The notes: a model not told the origin generated them from the letters alone. Counted from the stretch's first letter, positions 10,867 to 22,177 are shown. The stretch is DNA of 64,000 bases from an uncultured Acidobacteriota bacterium (GCA_963702545.1 CAVPDB010000001.1:972-64971), one strand, 5' to 3'. A program made the numbers and translations.

Positions 10867-11499
10867 ATGGCCGGCTGGAATCGGGCCCGCGGCCACCCCG
10901 ATCGAGTCGTTGCGGCTGCTCGCGGCCTGCCTCGACCGCGCCGCTCCGCGCCCCGATGGTGCTTGTCCGACCGGCCCCCGGCCGCGGACGAGGATTTGCG
11001 CGTCGGCGTCGCCGGGCGGCTCGGTTCGTTGCTCCTCGACGGGATCGGGGACGCGGTGCGGATGCCGGCGTGGTCCGACCCGGCCGCGACGGCGGAGCTG
11101 CTCCACGATGTGCTGCAGGCCGCGCGCCGCCCGGCTGGAGCGGCCGATTACATGGCTTGCCCGTCGTGCGGCCGGACCCTTTTCGAACTCGAGGCGCGAC
11201 CGAGAGGGTCGCGCCAGCTCACCGCCCACCTGAAGTTGAAATCGCGGTGATCGGGTGCGTCGTCGAACGGCCCCAGCGAGATGGCCGACGCCGACTTCGC
11301 TACGTCGGCTGGGGAGCGCGGAAGGACGCCCTCTTCGTCGGCCGGGACCTCGTGGAACGCGGCGTCCCGTCGGCCGAGGCGCGCAGAAAGCTGGTCGACC
11401 TGATCCGCGCGAAGGCCGCTGGACCAACCCGGAGCCTGCTCCGCGGGCGGTCCCCCGGGTCGCGCCGGGCCGGGTCCGGCCAGCGTCCGGACGCCGTGA
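10867..11499 (+). pseudogene. ispG: ispG C-terminal fragment, right-arm mirror copy with multiple frameshifts
   Basis: ORF 10840-11250 reads ...ACPSCGRTLFELE..., then continues as IAVIGCVVE...FVGRDLVERGVPSAEARRKLVDLIRAK in the frame of ORF 10128-12908. Confidence 0.7.
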
Positions 11500-11759
11500 C
11501 CGATCCTCGGACAACGGGGCCGCACAGCCCCCACCCCCTCCGCGCGCCCGAACCCGCTGCCCGGAAACGACTTCGCGCCGCCGCGCGTCGTCGCACGGGG
11601 GTTGAATTAGGAAGTCCGAGCCGAGAGCCGCCTCGGCACCCCAGAGTGGCCCGACCCTCCGGATCCGCTCGGAAAGGCGCACGCCGCGCGGAGCCCTCTC
11701 CCTCTTCGGGACCTCCGCCGCCTCGGGCCCTGGCCGATCCCCCGGCCGGGCCCGCTCTT

Positions 11760-12674
11760 TCAGCCCGCGTGCGCCGGGCCCGCTGCGGCCAGGCCGCGCC
11801 GCGCACCCGCTGCGAATCCCGTACCGCGCGGGAGGAGCCGGGTGCTCGACGCGATCGGAGAAGATCCAGCGCGCCACGCGCGGGACGCGCTCGTAGAGCG
11901 CGCGGCAGGGCCGAGAGCCCGCCGCCGAGCACGATCCGTGGGGGTCGAGCAGGTCGATCACGGGCCAGCGCACGCGCGAGCCGCTCGCTCGTAGCGCGAG
12001 CGCGCGCCGGCGAGCCGGCATCGCCCGCCGCGGCCCGCGCCACGATCTCGGTCGCCGTGGCGCCTCCCTTCGGCAGCACTTCGCCCGCGCGTAGTCGCGC
12101 GCCAGCCCCCGGCCCCGAGAGAACGTCTCGATGCATCCGGACCGTCCGCAATAGCACGGCGGCCCGGGCCGCTCGTCGTCCGCGGGCCAGAACAGGGGAT
12201 TGTGCCCCCACTCGCCGGCGATCGCGTTCGGGCCCGCGAGCAGCCGGCCATCGACGACGATGCCGCCGCCGACGCCGGTGCCGAGGATCACGCCGAAGAC
12301 GACGCCGCGCCCGCCGCCGCGCCGTCGGTCGCCTCCGAGAGCGCGAAACAGTCGGCGTCGTTGCCAGCGCGCACCGGGCGGCCCAGCCGCGCTGCCAGGT
12401 CGCTCGCGAGCCGCCCGCCGTTGAGCCAGGTGGAATTCGCGTTTTGACGCAGCCCCGTCACCGGCGACGTCGCGCCCGGCGTGCCCATGCCGACCGGGCA
12501 GCCGCCATCGCCAGGTCGCTCGAGGCGTCGCACCAGCTGCGGCCAGCGCCGCGAGCGTGGCGTCGTAGTCGCCGCGCGGCGTCGGCACGCGCGCGCGCCA
12601 CAGCCGGTCCCGTCGGCGGCCAGCGCGACCCCTTCGATCTTGGTGCCGCCGAGGTCGATCCCGATGCGGTTCAC
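11760..12674 (-). pseudogene. ROK kinase, right-arm mirror copy, many indels
   Basis: Fragments of the 9025-9954 protein are scattered over three frames (ORFs 11300-12211, 11958-12251, 12288-13088). Confidence 0.7.
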
Positions 12675-13357
12675 GCGGTCAGCCCCTCGCGGCGCGCCAC
12701 CATGACGCAGCCTCGCGAAGGCGCGGCGCGCGCGGGCCGTCCGGCCAGCAGCATCCTCGACACCGGGTACACGTCGACCCCGGCCGGCCGGACCGTCGCG
12801 ACCGCTTCGCGACGTTCTCCGTGTCAGCCCCCCGGCCAGGATCAGCGGCCGCGGCGAGCAGGCCGCGAGCCGCGCGCAGACGCTGCAGTGGTGCCTCGGG
12901 CCGGGTGACCCGCGCGCCCCAGTCCGGGATCGAAGGTGTCGGTGACGAAGGCGTCCACAGCGGCGCGAGACGCTCGAGGCGGGGGCAGAACGGCTCGGCA
13001 CCGCGCCGACCACCAGCGCCGCCCAGGCCGCGAGTCCCGGCGCGATCTGCCGCAGCCTGGCGACCCTCGTCCCGGCGCCGGTTGCCATTGCGGGGGCGCG
13101 GGCGGGCGCCGACCTCGCGCGCCAGCTCCACGATCTCGTGCGCGGTCTCGAGGTAGGTGATCAGGACCGGCTCGACGCCGGCCGGCAGCGTGGCGATCAG
13201 CGCCGCCGCCTCGCGGGGATCGCAGTCCTCCGAGTGGACCGGGAGCCGCAGTGGGAAGCCGACGTGCGTCGCGCCGCCGCCGACCGCCGCAGCGAGGTCG
13301 GCGGGACCGGAGATCCCGGCGACCTGGGTCGCGAAACGCCCGCCGGGGAGCCGCGCC
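12671..13357 (-). pseudogene. trpF: TrpF-like gene, right-arm mirror copy, frameshifted, start codon altered
   Basis: ORF 12679-13617 contains RLPGGRFATQVAGISGPADLAAAVGGGATHVGFPLRLPVHSEDCDPREAAALIATLPAGVEPVLITYLETAHEI, then loses frame. The start GTG is replaced (cac to cgc on the plus strand). Confidence 0.7.
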
Positions 13358-14050
13358 TCGAGCGGCCCGTCTTCGCCGCGCCGCCGCGGCCGGCGCTCGG
13401 CCCGACCAGTTCGGCCAGGTACGGCTCGAGATGCCGCGCGAGGATCCTCTGCCCTTCGGCGGTCGGGTGGATGCCGTCGGCCTGGTTCAGCTCGTGCCTG
13501 CCGGCCACCCCTTCCAGCAGGAACGGGACCAGCGGGAGGCCGAGCTCCTTCGCCAGCCGCGGGTAGATCGCCGCGAAACCGCTGCGTACGCGCGCCGTAG
13601 TTGGGCGGAATCAGCATCCCGGCCAGCAGGACCTTCGCCCCGGCCGCGCGCCAGCGCTCGACGATGCGCGCAGGTTCTCCTCGATCTCCTCGAGCGGCTG
13701 GCCGCGCAGCCCGTCGTTGGCGCCGAGCGCGAGGACCACGACCTGCGGGCGCTGCGGAGCGCCCAGTCGAGCCGGCGCAGCCCGCCCGCGGTCGTGTCGC
13801 CCGAGACGCCGGAGTTGATCGCGCGGATCGGCGTGCCCCGCGCCGCGAGCGAGGCGGCGACCAGCGCCGGGAAGGCCTGGTCGGCCGCGAGTCCGAAACC
13901 CGCCGTCAGGCTGTCGCCGAGGAAGACGACGACGGGCGGCCCCGCGCCGGCCGCGGCCGGCGCCTCCGGGGCCGCGGGCGCCTGCGCCGCGGCCAGGCCT
14001 GCCGCCAGGGCGGCCAGGCTGGCGACGACTGCGAAGGGGCGATGCAACAT
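13358..14050 (-). pseudogene. tesA: TesA-like SGNH hydrolase, right-arm mirror copy, frameshifted
   Basis: ORF 13487-14218 matches the 7633-8328 protein up to ...RRLDWALRS and then diverges. The C-terminal part is in another frame (ORF 13197-13508). Confidence 0.7.
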
Positions 14051-14069
14051 CCAGCTCTCCCGGGACCCG

Positions 14070-14768
14070 ATGACGAAACCCGTGCCGCGCCTGGAACTCC
14101 GCCGCCTGACCCGCCGGCTGCCGTCCGGCGGCCGCGAGCTGACGATTCTGGACGACGTCGACCTCTCGATCGACCCCGGCGAGTGCGTCGCGATCCTCGG
14201 CCCCTCCGGCAGCGGCAAGTCGACGATGCTGGCGCTGATGGCCGGGCTCGACCGTCCGACCTCGGGCGAGGTGCTGATCGACGGCGCGCCGATCCAGGAC
14301 CTCTCCGAGGACGCCCTGGCGCTGCTGCGGCGGCGGACGATCGGCTTCGTCTTCCAGTCGTACCAGCTGCTGGGGAACCTGACCGCCCTCGAGAACGTGA
14401 TGCTGCCGGTCGAGCTGTCCGGGACCGGCGACCCGCGCGGCCGCGCCGCCTCGCTGCTGGCCGAGGTCGGCCTCTCCGAGCGCGGCCACCACTATCCGGC
14501 GCAGCTTTCGGGCGGGGAGCAGCAGCGCGTCGCGCTGGCCCGCGCCTTCGCGATCGGGCCGCCCCTGCTGCTGGCGGACGAGCCGACCGGCAACCTCGAC
14601 AGCGCGACCGGCGGGCGGGTGCTCGACACGCTGATGGCGCTGCGGGAGCGGCACGGCACGACGCTGGTGATGGTCACGCACAATCCGGCGATCGCCGCGC
14701 GGACCGGGCGCCAGGTCCACCTCAAGGACGGGCGGATCGACCGGATCACGGCCGGGAGCCCGGCGTGA
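14070..14768 (+). CDS. ABC transporter ATP-binding protein (YbbA/LolD-like), right-arm copy, intact
   Basis: Same 232-aa protein as 6914-7612, with at least 5 in-frame amino-acid substitutions (S28D, A32S, Q66E, S126T, D209N by my reading). Confidence 0.9.
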   Translation: MTKPVPRLELRRLTRRLPSGGRELTILDDVDLSIDPGECVAILGPSGSGKSTMLALMAGLDRPTSGEVLIDGAPIQDLSEDALALLRRRTIGFVFQSYQLLGNLTALENVMLPVELSGTGDPRGRAASLLAEVGLSERGHHYPAQLSGGEQQRVALARAFAIGPPLLLADEPTGNLDSATGGRVLDTLMALRERHGTTLVMVTHNPAIAARTGRQVHLKDGRIDRITAGSPA

Positions 14769-17316
14769 GGCTCGGCGCCTTCGCCGCCTACGCCCGGCGC
14801 GAGGCGCGCGGGGCGCTGGGGCGGATGGTCTTCTTCGCGGCCTGCCTGTCGGTCGGGGTGGCCGCGATCGTTGCGGTCGCCGGGTTGTCGCAGGGCCTGC
14901 GCGACGGGATCCAGGGCGAGGCCCGCTCGCTCCTGGCCGCGGACCTGGTCGTCTCCGGCAGCCGCCCGATCCCGCCCGCGCTCGACGCGCTCGTCGCCGG
15001 CGTTCCCGGGCTGCGACGCGCCGACCTGCGCGAGATGGCGACGATGGCGGCGGCGGAGGGGAGGGGGGCGCCGCCGGGCGCAGCCTGCTGGTGCAGCTCA
15101 AGGTCGTCGACGGCGCCTACCCGTTCTACGGCCGGCTCGAGCTCGACCCGCCGCGGCCGCTGGCCGAACTGCTCGCTGCCGACGCCGCCGTGATCGGCCC
15201 CGAGCTGGCGGAGCGCCTGGAGCTGTCGGCCGGCGACACCGTCCTGATCGGCGGCCAGCCCTTCCGCGTCGCCGGGATCGTCCGCGCGGAGCCCGACCGG
15301 GCGGCGGCCGGCTTCGCGATCGGCCCGCGTGTCTTGCTCGACGGCGCCGGCCTGGCGCGCGCCGGGCTCGACGCGCGCGGCAGCCGGATCGAGCACAAGG
15401 CGCTCTTCGCGTTGCCGGGCGATGGCGCCGACGCGAGCGAAGCGCTGGCCGCGCGGATCCGCGCCGAGCTGCCGGACGCGACCTGGTACGACGTCGACAC
15501 CTGGCGCGAAGGGCAGCCCGCGCTGCGCGAGGGGCTCAAGCGGGCCGAGCGCTTCCTCGGGCTGATCGCGCTGCTCTCGCTGCTGGTCGGCGGGATCGGC
15601 GTGGCCCAGGCCTCGCGGGCCTGGATCGCGGGGCGGCTCGACGCGATCGCGGTGCTGCGCGCGCTGGGCGTGCGGCCGCACGAGGTCTTTGCGCTCTACG
15701 TGGCGCAGGCGGCGCTGCTCGGCCTCGTCGGCAGCGTGGTCGGTGCGGCGCTCGGGATCGGGCTCTCGGCGCTGGCCCCGTTGCTGCTGAAGGACCTGCT
15801 GCCCGCGGTGCCGCTGCGCTTCTTCAGCCCGGCCGCCGCGCTGCGCGGCATCGCGCTGGGAACGGTGGTCGCGGCGGCCTTCAGCATCCCGTCGCTCGCC
15901 GCCGCGTGGCGCGTGCCGCCGGTCCGCGTGCTGCGCCGCGACGCCGAGCCGCTCGCCGCGCCCTGGCCGGTGCGGCTGGGGCTGGGGGCGGTCGTGCTGG
16001 CGGGGGTCTTCGCTGCGGCCTGGGTGCAGGCCGGCGAGTTGCCCGCCGCAGCCGGCTTCACCGCCGGGATCGCCGCGGCCGTGGCGGCGCTCGCGGCCGG
16101 GGCCTGGGTCGTGGCGCGCACCGTCGGACGCGGGCCGCGCGGCGCCGCCCCGGTCTGGGTGCGGCACGGGCTGGCGGCGCTGGCCCGTCCCGGCGCGGCG
16201 ACGATCGGTGCGATCGTGGCGCTCGGCCTGGGAGTCACGGTGGTGCTGGCGACGCAGATCGTGCAGGCGCGGCTGGCCGGGCAGCTCGGCGCCGACGTCC
16301 CGACCCTGGCGCCGTCAGCTTTCGTCATCGACATCCAGCCCGACCAGTGGGACGCGCTCCGCGCGCAGCTCGAAGCGGAGGGCGCGGAGGGGATCGACAG
16401 CGCGCCGGTCGTGGTCGGACGGCTGGCCGCGATCGACGGCCGGCCGACGGCCGAGGCCGCCGACCCGAAGACCCGGCCCGCGGACTGGGAGGACGGCCGG
16501 CGGCGCTGGGCGCTGACGCGCGAGCAGCGGATCACCTACCGGGCGGAGCTGCCGGAAGGGAACGAGCTGGTGGAGGGGACGCTCTGGTCGGACCCCGCCC
16601 ACGCCGAGCTGTCGGTCGAGGAGGACTTCGCGCGCCAGCTCGGCGTGAAGGTCGGCTCCTCGCTGACCCTCGACATCCAGGGGGTCCCGCTCGAGTTCCG
16701 CGTCACCAGCCTCCGGCGGGTCGAGTGGAGGACCTTCGGCATCAACTTCTTCCTGCTGGCCGAGCCCGGATCGCTCGACGACGCGCCGCAGTTCCGGGTG
16801 GCGACGCTGCGGCTGCCGGCGGCGCGCGAGCTGGCGGTCCAGGACCGGCTGGCCGCCGCGTTTCCCAACGTGACGCTGATCAACCTCCGGCAGGTCCTCG
16901 ACCGCGTCTCCGCGGTGATCGCGCGGATCGGCCAGGCGGTGCGCTTCCTCGGTCTGTTCACCGTCGTCGCCGGCGTGCTGATCCTGGCCGGTGCGATCGG
17001 CGCCGGCGCGGCGCGCCGCGGGCGCGAGGTCGCGGTCCTCAAGACTCTCGGGATGACCCGCGCCGGCGTCGCCGCCGTCTTCTCGCTCGAGTACGCGCTG
17101 GTCGGGCTGGTCGCGGGCACGGTCGGCGCGGTCGGCGCGGCGGTGCTGGCCTGGGCCGTGCTCACCCGCGGGATGGAGATCCCGTGGCGCTGGCCCTGGG
17201 GGACGCTCGTCGCGGGCGCGGCGCTCGCGGCGCTGCTCTCGGTCCTGGCCGGCCTCGCAGCGAGCCGCGGAGCGCTGGCCCGGGCGCCGGTCGAGGTCCT
17301 GCGCTCGGAACTGTGA
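14764..17316 (+). CDS. YbbP-like ABC permease, right-arm copy, apparent frameshift near 15044-15081
   Basis: The N-terminus lies in the frame of ORF 13601-15193 and the body in ORF 15091-17316. It is almost identical to the left copy. Confidence 0.8.
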   Translation, partial: REARRLRRLRPARGARGAGADGLLRGLPVGRGGRDRCGRRVVAGPARRDPGRGPLAPGRGPGRLRQPPDPARARRARRRRSRAATRRPARDGDDGGGGGEGGAAGRSLLVQLKVVDGAYPFYGRLELDPPRPLAELLAADAAVIGPELAERLELSAGDTVLIGGQPFRVAGIVRAEPDRAAAGFAIGPRVLLDGAGLARAGLDARGSRIEHKALFALPGDGADASEALAARIRAELPDATWYDVDTWREGQPALREGLKRAERFLGLIALLSLLVGGIGVAQASRAWIAGRLDAIAVLRALGVRPHEVFALYVAQAALLGLVGSVVGAALGIGLSALAPLLLKDLLPAVPLRFFSPAAALRGIALGTVVAAAFSIPSLAAAWRVPPVRVLRRDAEPLAAPWPVRLGLGAVVLAGVFAAAWVQAGELPAAAGFTAGIAAAVAALAAGAWVVARTVGRGPRGAAPVWVRHGLAALARPGAATIGAIVALGLGVTVVLATQIVQARLAGQLGADVPTLAPSAFVIDIQPDQWDALRAQLEAEGAEGIDSAPVVVGRLAAIDGRPTAEAADPKTRPADWEDGRRRWALTREQRITYRAELPEGNELVEGTLWSDPAHAELSVEEDFARQLGVKVGSSLTLDIQGVPLEFRVTSLRRVEWRTFGINFFLLAEPGSLDDAPQFRVATLRLPAARELAVQDRLAAAFPNVTLINLRQVLDRVSAVIARIGQAVRFLGLFTVVAGVLILAGAIGAGAARRGREVAVLKTLGMTRAGVAAVFSLEYALVGLVAGTVGAVGAAVLAWAVLTRGMEIPWRWPWGTLVAGAALAALLSVLAGLAASRGALARAPVEVLRSEL

Positions 17317-17322
17317 GCTGCG

Positions 17323-18716
17323 TCAGGTCTCGATGTCGTCGAGCCGGTTCTCGAAGCGCGTGAACTGCTTGACGAAGTAGAGCGGCACGTAGCCGGTCGG
17401 GCCGTTGCGCTGTTTGGCGATGATGATCTCGGCCATCCCCTCGAGCCCCTTCTCCAGGACCTGGCCTCGTCCTTCTCGTAGACCTCGGGCCGGTAGATGA
17501 ACAGCACGACGTCGGCGTCCTGCTCGATTGCGCCCGACTCGCGCAGGTCGGAGAGCTGCGGCTTGTGGTCCCCCTGCCGCTGGTCCGGCGCGCGCGAGAG
17601 CTGGGAGAGCGCGATCACCGGGACGTTCAGCTCCTTGGCCAGCCCCTTCATCGCACCGCTGATGTCGGAGATCTCCTGCTGGCGGCTCTCCACCCGGCGC
17701 TCGGAGCGCATCAGCTGCAGGTAGTCGACGACGACCAGGTCGAGCCCGTGCTCGGCCTTGAGCCGCCGCGCCTTGGCCCGGATCTCCATCGGCGTCACCG
17801 CCGAGGAGTCGTCGATGTAGAGCCGCGTCCGGTCGTAGGTCTCGAAGGCGGCGACCAGCCGGTCCCACTCTTCCTTGTTGAGCCGGCCGGTCCGGAGCTT
17901 GTAGAGGTCGATCCGCCCCTCGCCGCACAGCAGGCGGTAGAAGAGCTGCTTGGCTGCCATCTCGAGCGAGAAGATCGCGACCGAGGCGCGCTCGTGGATC
18001 GCCGCGTGCTGGGCGATGTTGAGCGCCAGCGTCGTCTTGCCCATCGAGGGGCGGGCGGCGAGGATGATCAGGTCGCCTCCCTGCAGCCCGGCGGTGTACT
18101 GGTCGAACTTGGTGTAGCCGGTGGCGAGGCCGGTGATCGCCTCGCGCTTTTCCGCCATCTCCTCGATCGAGCGCAGCGCGTCGTGCGCGATGCTCTGGAC
18201 CGGGACGAGCCCGCCGCGGCGGCCGGTCTCCTGCAGCCGGAAGAAGCGCTGCATCGCCTCGTCGAGGATCTCGACGGCGGGGCGGCCGGCGGCCGACGAC
18301 TCGGCCCGCAGCGCGTCCGCCAGGTAGAGGGTCTGGCGCAGGAGCGAGCGGTCGTGGACGATCCGGGCGTAGACCGAGGCGTTGGTCGCCCGCGGCAGGC
18401 CGTCGATCAGCGAAGCGACGTAGGCCGCCCCGCCGGCCCTTTCGAGCGTCGCCTGGCGGTCCATCTCGGCGCAGACCGTGACGGCGTCGATCGCTTCGGC
18501 CCGCCGGGAGAGGGCCACCATGGCCTCGAAGACGCGGCGGTGGGCCTCGCGGTGGAAGTCCTCCGGGTTGAGGATCTCGAGCGCCGGGTCGAGCGCGGAC
18601 GGCTCGAGCAACACGGCCCCCAGCACGGCCCTTTCGGCCTGCTCGTCCCACGGAAGGCGAAGATCCCCGCGCCCGGCGGCCGGGCCGCCGGGGGGTGTCT
18701 GAGGCGGTGCGCTCAT
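17323..18716 (-). CDS. dnaB: DnaB helicase, right-arm copy with a 1-nt deletion near 17462 that shifts the last ~45 codons
   Basis: ORF 16536-19877 carries DnaB to ...EVYEKDEA and then reads out of frame. The correct tail (VLEKGLEGMAEIIIAKQRNGPTG...) is in ORF 17323-19014. The sequence reads acctggcc here and accttggcc in the left copy. Confidence 0.85.
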
Positions 18717-18770
18717 GATCAAACCGTGACGCCGCCGGGAGAAGATCGGCGGACGGCATAGAATACCCCC

Positions 18771-19146
<376 letters not shown>

Positions 19147-19188
19147 ACCTTCCGCCGGCCGAGGTCACAAGGAGGCTGACGCCGCACG

Positions 19189-20418
19189 ATGATCGACCTG
19201 GCCACCCTGCACGACGAGGTCGCCGCCGAGGTGCTGCGCCAGGCCCCGCGCCTGGCCGCGCTGGCCCGCGACCTCCACCTGTCTCCGGAACTCGGCTGCG
19301 GCGAGTTCCACGCCGTGACGCTGCTCTCGGGGACGTTGGAAGAGGAAGGGTTCCACGTCAAGACCGGGATCGCCGGGCTGCCGACCGCCTTCCGGGCCGA
19401 GCGCCGCTCCGGCGACGGGCCCTCGGTCGCGTTCCTGGCCGAGTACGACGCGCTGCCCGGCCTCGGCCACGCCTGCGGCCACAACCTGATCGGGGCCGCG
19501 GCCTGCGGGGCCGCGATCGGCCTGGCGCGCGTCCTGGGCGCCGTCCCGGGGCGGGTGCTCGTCTTTGGCGCGCCGGCCGAGGAGACGATCGGCGGAAAGG
19601 TCGTGCTCGCGACGCGCGGCGCCTTCGACGGGATCGACGTGGCGCTGCTGGCCCACCCGGGGAGCGAGGACCGCGCGGTCGTCACCAGCCTCGCCTCCTG
19701 GTCGGTCGAGGTCACCTTCCACGGCCGTTCCTCGCACGCGGTCGCGGCGCCCGAGCAGGGGATCAACGCGCTCGACGCGATGATCCAGCTGTTCATCGCG
19801 CGCGACGCGCTGCTCAAGGGGCTCCGGCCGGAGGTCCGGATGCCGGGGGTGATCCTGGAGGGGGGCGTGCGCGCCAACGTGGTGCCCGACCGCGCCCGCG
19901 CCCGCTTCAGCCTGCGCGCCGCCGATTCGCACTACCTGGCCGAGACCGTGATGGCGCGCTTCCGCGGCGTCGTCGACGGGGTCGCGCGCGCCACCGGCAC
20001 GACGGCGCGGATCCAGGAGATCGACAACCTGTACGACGAGATGGTGAGCAATCCGGTGCTGGCCGCGGCCTGGGAGCACGAGGCCCGCCGCTCCGGGCTC
20101 GATCCGCAGCCCGGCCCCGGCGGCACGATCGGCTCGCTCGACATGGGGACCCTCTCCCACCTCGTCCCGTCGCTCCACCCGACCTTCCGGATCACCGAGC
20201 GGCCGACGCCGACCCACACGCTGGAGTTCACCCGCGCGGCCGCCGCGCCGGGGGCGATCGAGGCCGCGGAGCGGGCCGCGATCGCGCTGGCGCGGACGGG
20301 TCTCGCGATCCTGTCCGAGCCGCAGCTGTTGGACCAGGCGCGGGACGCGCACGCCAGCGCGGCCGGATCGTGGCGCCGGATCGACGCTCCGGTCATCACG
20401 GAGCAGGGCGGCCCGTGA
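19189..20418 (+). CDS. M20 family amidohydrolase/metallopeptidase (intact copy, 409 aa)
   Basis: HACGHNLIGAA metal-binding block, GAPAEETIGGK, and a dimerisation-domain-like middle. The stop overlaps the ldcA GTG. Confidence 0.8.
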   Translation: MIDLATLHDEVAAEVLRQAPRLAALARDLHLSPELGCGEFHAVTLLSGTLEEEGFHVKTGIAGLPTAFRAERRSGDGPSVAFLAEYDALPGLGHACGHNLIGAAACGAAIGLARVLGAVPGRVLVFGAPAEETIGGKVVLATRGAFDGIDVALLAHPGSEDRAVVTSLASWSVEVTFHGRSSHAVAAPEQGINALDAMIQLFIARDALLKGLRPEVRMPGVILEGGVRANVVPDRARARFSLRAADSHYLAETVMARFRGVVDGVARATGTTARIQEIDNLYDEMVSNPVLAAAWEHEARRSGLDPQPGPGGTIGSLDMGTLSHLVPSLHPTFRITERPTPTHTLEFTRAAAAPGAIEAAERAAIALARTGLAILSEPQLLDQARDAHASAAGSWRRIDAPVITEQGGP

Positions 20419-21326
20419 CGCCTCGCGTGCCGCCGGCGATTCCGCACGGGGGGCGGATCGCGGTCATCGCGCCCGGCTCGACACTGCGCGACCCGGACGC
20501 CGTGCGCGCCGGGATGGAGCGGATCGCGGCCTGGGGCTACGAACCGGTGCCGGGCCGCTCGCTGTTCGCACGCGCCGGCGACCTGGCGGGCCACGACGCA
20601 GCGCGCCTCGACGACCTGTGCCGGGCGCTGACCGACCCCGCGATCGACGCCGTCTGGGCCGCGCGCGGCGGCTGGGGGACGGCGCGCCTGCTGCGCGGGC
20701 TGGACCTGCGCGCGGTGGCCCGGCGTCCGCGCTGGCTGATCGGCTTTTCCGACCTGACCGCGCTGCAGCTCGCGCTCCACGCCCGCGGCGTCGCCTCGTG
20801 GTACGCGCCCTCGGTCGCCGACCTGGCCGACCGGCGGCGCTACCGCGCGGCCGACCTGCGGGCGATGCTCGCCGCCCCCGAGGCGCCGCGCACGCTGCGG
20901 GGCCGGCGCTTCGCCGGGCCCGGCCGGCGCGCCCTGGGCCCGCTGGCCGGCGGCTGCCTGTCGCTCCTTGCGGCGGTGGCGGGAACGCCGTGGCAGCCCG
21001 ACCTGCGCGGCGCCGTCGTCTTCCTCGAGGATGTCGGCGAGGCGCCCTACCGCGTCGACCGGCTGCTGTGGCAGGTGCGCGCCGCGGGGATCCTCGACGG
21101 GATCGCCGGGCTTGCGCTGGGGCAGTTCACCGCTTGCGACCCGCCTCCGGGCCGGCCCTCGCGAACGCTCGCCGCCGTGCTCCGCGAGCACGCCGAGGCG
21201 CTCGGCGTCCCGGTGCTCGCCGGCCTGCCGATCGGCCACGGCCTGCGCGCGCGCGCGGTCCCGATCGGCTACCGCGCCACGCTCGATCCGCGCGCGGAAA
21301 CGCTGGCCCTGCGCCCGCCGCGCTGA
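20415..21326 (+). CDS. ldcA: LD-carboxypeptidase (S66), right-arm copy
   Basis: Mirror of 355-1266 with the same translation apart from 1 residue. Confidence 0.8.
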   Translation: MTPRVPPAIPHGGRIAVIAPGSTLRDPDAVRAGMERIAAWGYEPVPGRSLFARAGDLAGHDAARLDDLCRALTDPAIDAVWAARGGWGTARLLRGLDLRAVARRPRWLIGFSDLTALQLALHARGVASWYAPSVADLADRRRYRAADLRAMLAAPEAPRTLRGRRFAGPGRRALGPLAGGCLSLLAAVAGTPWQPDLRGAVVFLEDVGEAPYRVDRLLWQVRAAGILDGIAGLALGQFTACDPPPGRPSRTLAAVLREHAEALGVPVLAGLPIGHGLRARAVPIGYRATLDPRAETLALRPPR

Positions 21327-21330
21327 TTCC

Positions 21331-22131
21331 GTGCCGACCGACGCGCCGGTGACCGCGCTGGTCGTCGCCTACGACGGCGGCCCGTTCGCGGGCTGGCAGC
21401 TCCAGCCCGGCCGGCCCACCGTGCAGGGGACGCTCGAGGCCGCGCTGTCGGCGATCCACGACGCGCCGCGCGAGGCGGTCGCGCTGGTGGGCGCCGGGCG
21501 CACCGACTCCGGCGTCCACGCCCTGGGGCAGGTCGCCACCTACCGCGCCCCCAACCGCCGCGAGCTGCCCCTGCTGCTGCACGGGCTGGCCGGCCTGCTG
21601 CCCGACAGCGTGCGCGCCCTCTCGGCCCGCCGGCTCCCGGAGTCGTTCCACGCCTGCCGCTCCGCGACCGGGAAGCTCTACCGCTACCGGATCGTCAACC
21701 GCCGGGTCGCGTTGCCGTTCGAGAGCCCGTGGGCCTGGCTCGTGCGCACGCCGCTCGACCTGGGCGCGATGCGCGAGGCGGCCGGCCGGCTGGTCGGCCG
21801 GCACGACTTCTCCGCCTTCGCCTCGGCCGGCGGCCAGCAGGAGACGGCGGTCCGCACGCTGCGGCGGCTGGAGCTGGCCGAGCGGCCGGGCGGCGTGCTG
21901 GAGCTGGACGCCGAGGCCGACGGCTTCCTCTACCGGATGGTCCGCAACCTCGCCGGGTTCCTCGTCGACGTCGGGCTGGGCCGCCGGGGCGCGGACGAGG
22001 CGCCGGAGGTCCTGGCCTCGCGCGACCGTCGGCGCGCCGGGGGAACGGCTCCGCCCCGGGGACTCTGCCTCGTGCGCGTCGACTACGGGCCGGAGTGGGA
22101 CGAAGCCGAGGGCGCAACCCTCCTGTTTTGA
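21331..22131 (+). CDS. truA: tRNA pseudouridine(38-40) synthase TruA (complete)
   Basis: GTG at 21331 within ORF 20968-22131. Matches are GAGRTDSGVHALGQV, YRYRI and FLYRMVRN. Confidence 0.9.
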   Translation: MPTDAPVTALVVAYDGGPFAGWQLQPGRPTVQGTLEAALSAIHDAPREAVALVGAGRTDSGVHALGQVATYRAPNRRELPLLLHGLAGLLPDSVRALSARRLPESFHACRSATGKLYRYRIVNRRVALPFESPWAWLVRTPLDLGAMREAAGRLVGRHDFSAFASAGGQQETAVRTLRRLELAERPGGVLELDAEADGFLYRMVRNLAGFLVDVGLGRRGADEAPEVLASRDRRRAGGTAPPRGLCLVRVDYGPEWDEAEGATLLF

Positions 22132-22177
22132 GCGGCTTCCCCAGGATGCTACAGTCCCCGCGCCGCCGGGGCGACGG

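Noticed and set aside
10114-12908. 824-aa (minus) and 926-aa (plus) ORFs spanning the palindrome centre
   Set aside because: They read through the pivot and the indel-ridden right arm. Their composition is R/P/G-rich and contains only scrambled fragments of ROK and IspG. They are a by-product of the mirror symmetry plus high GC.
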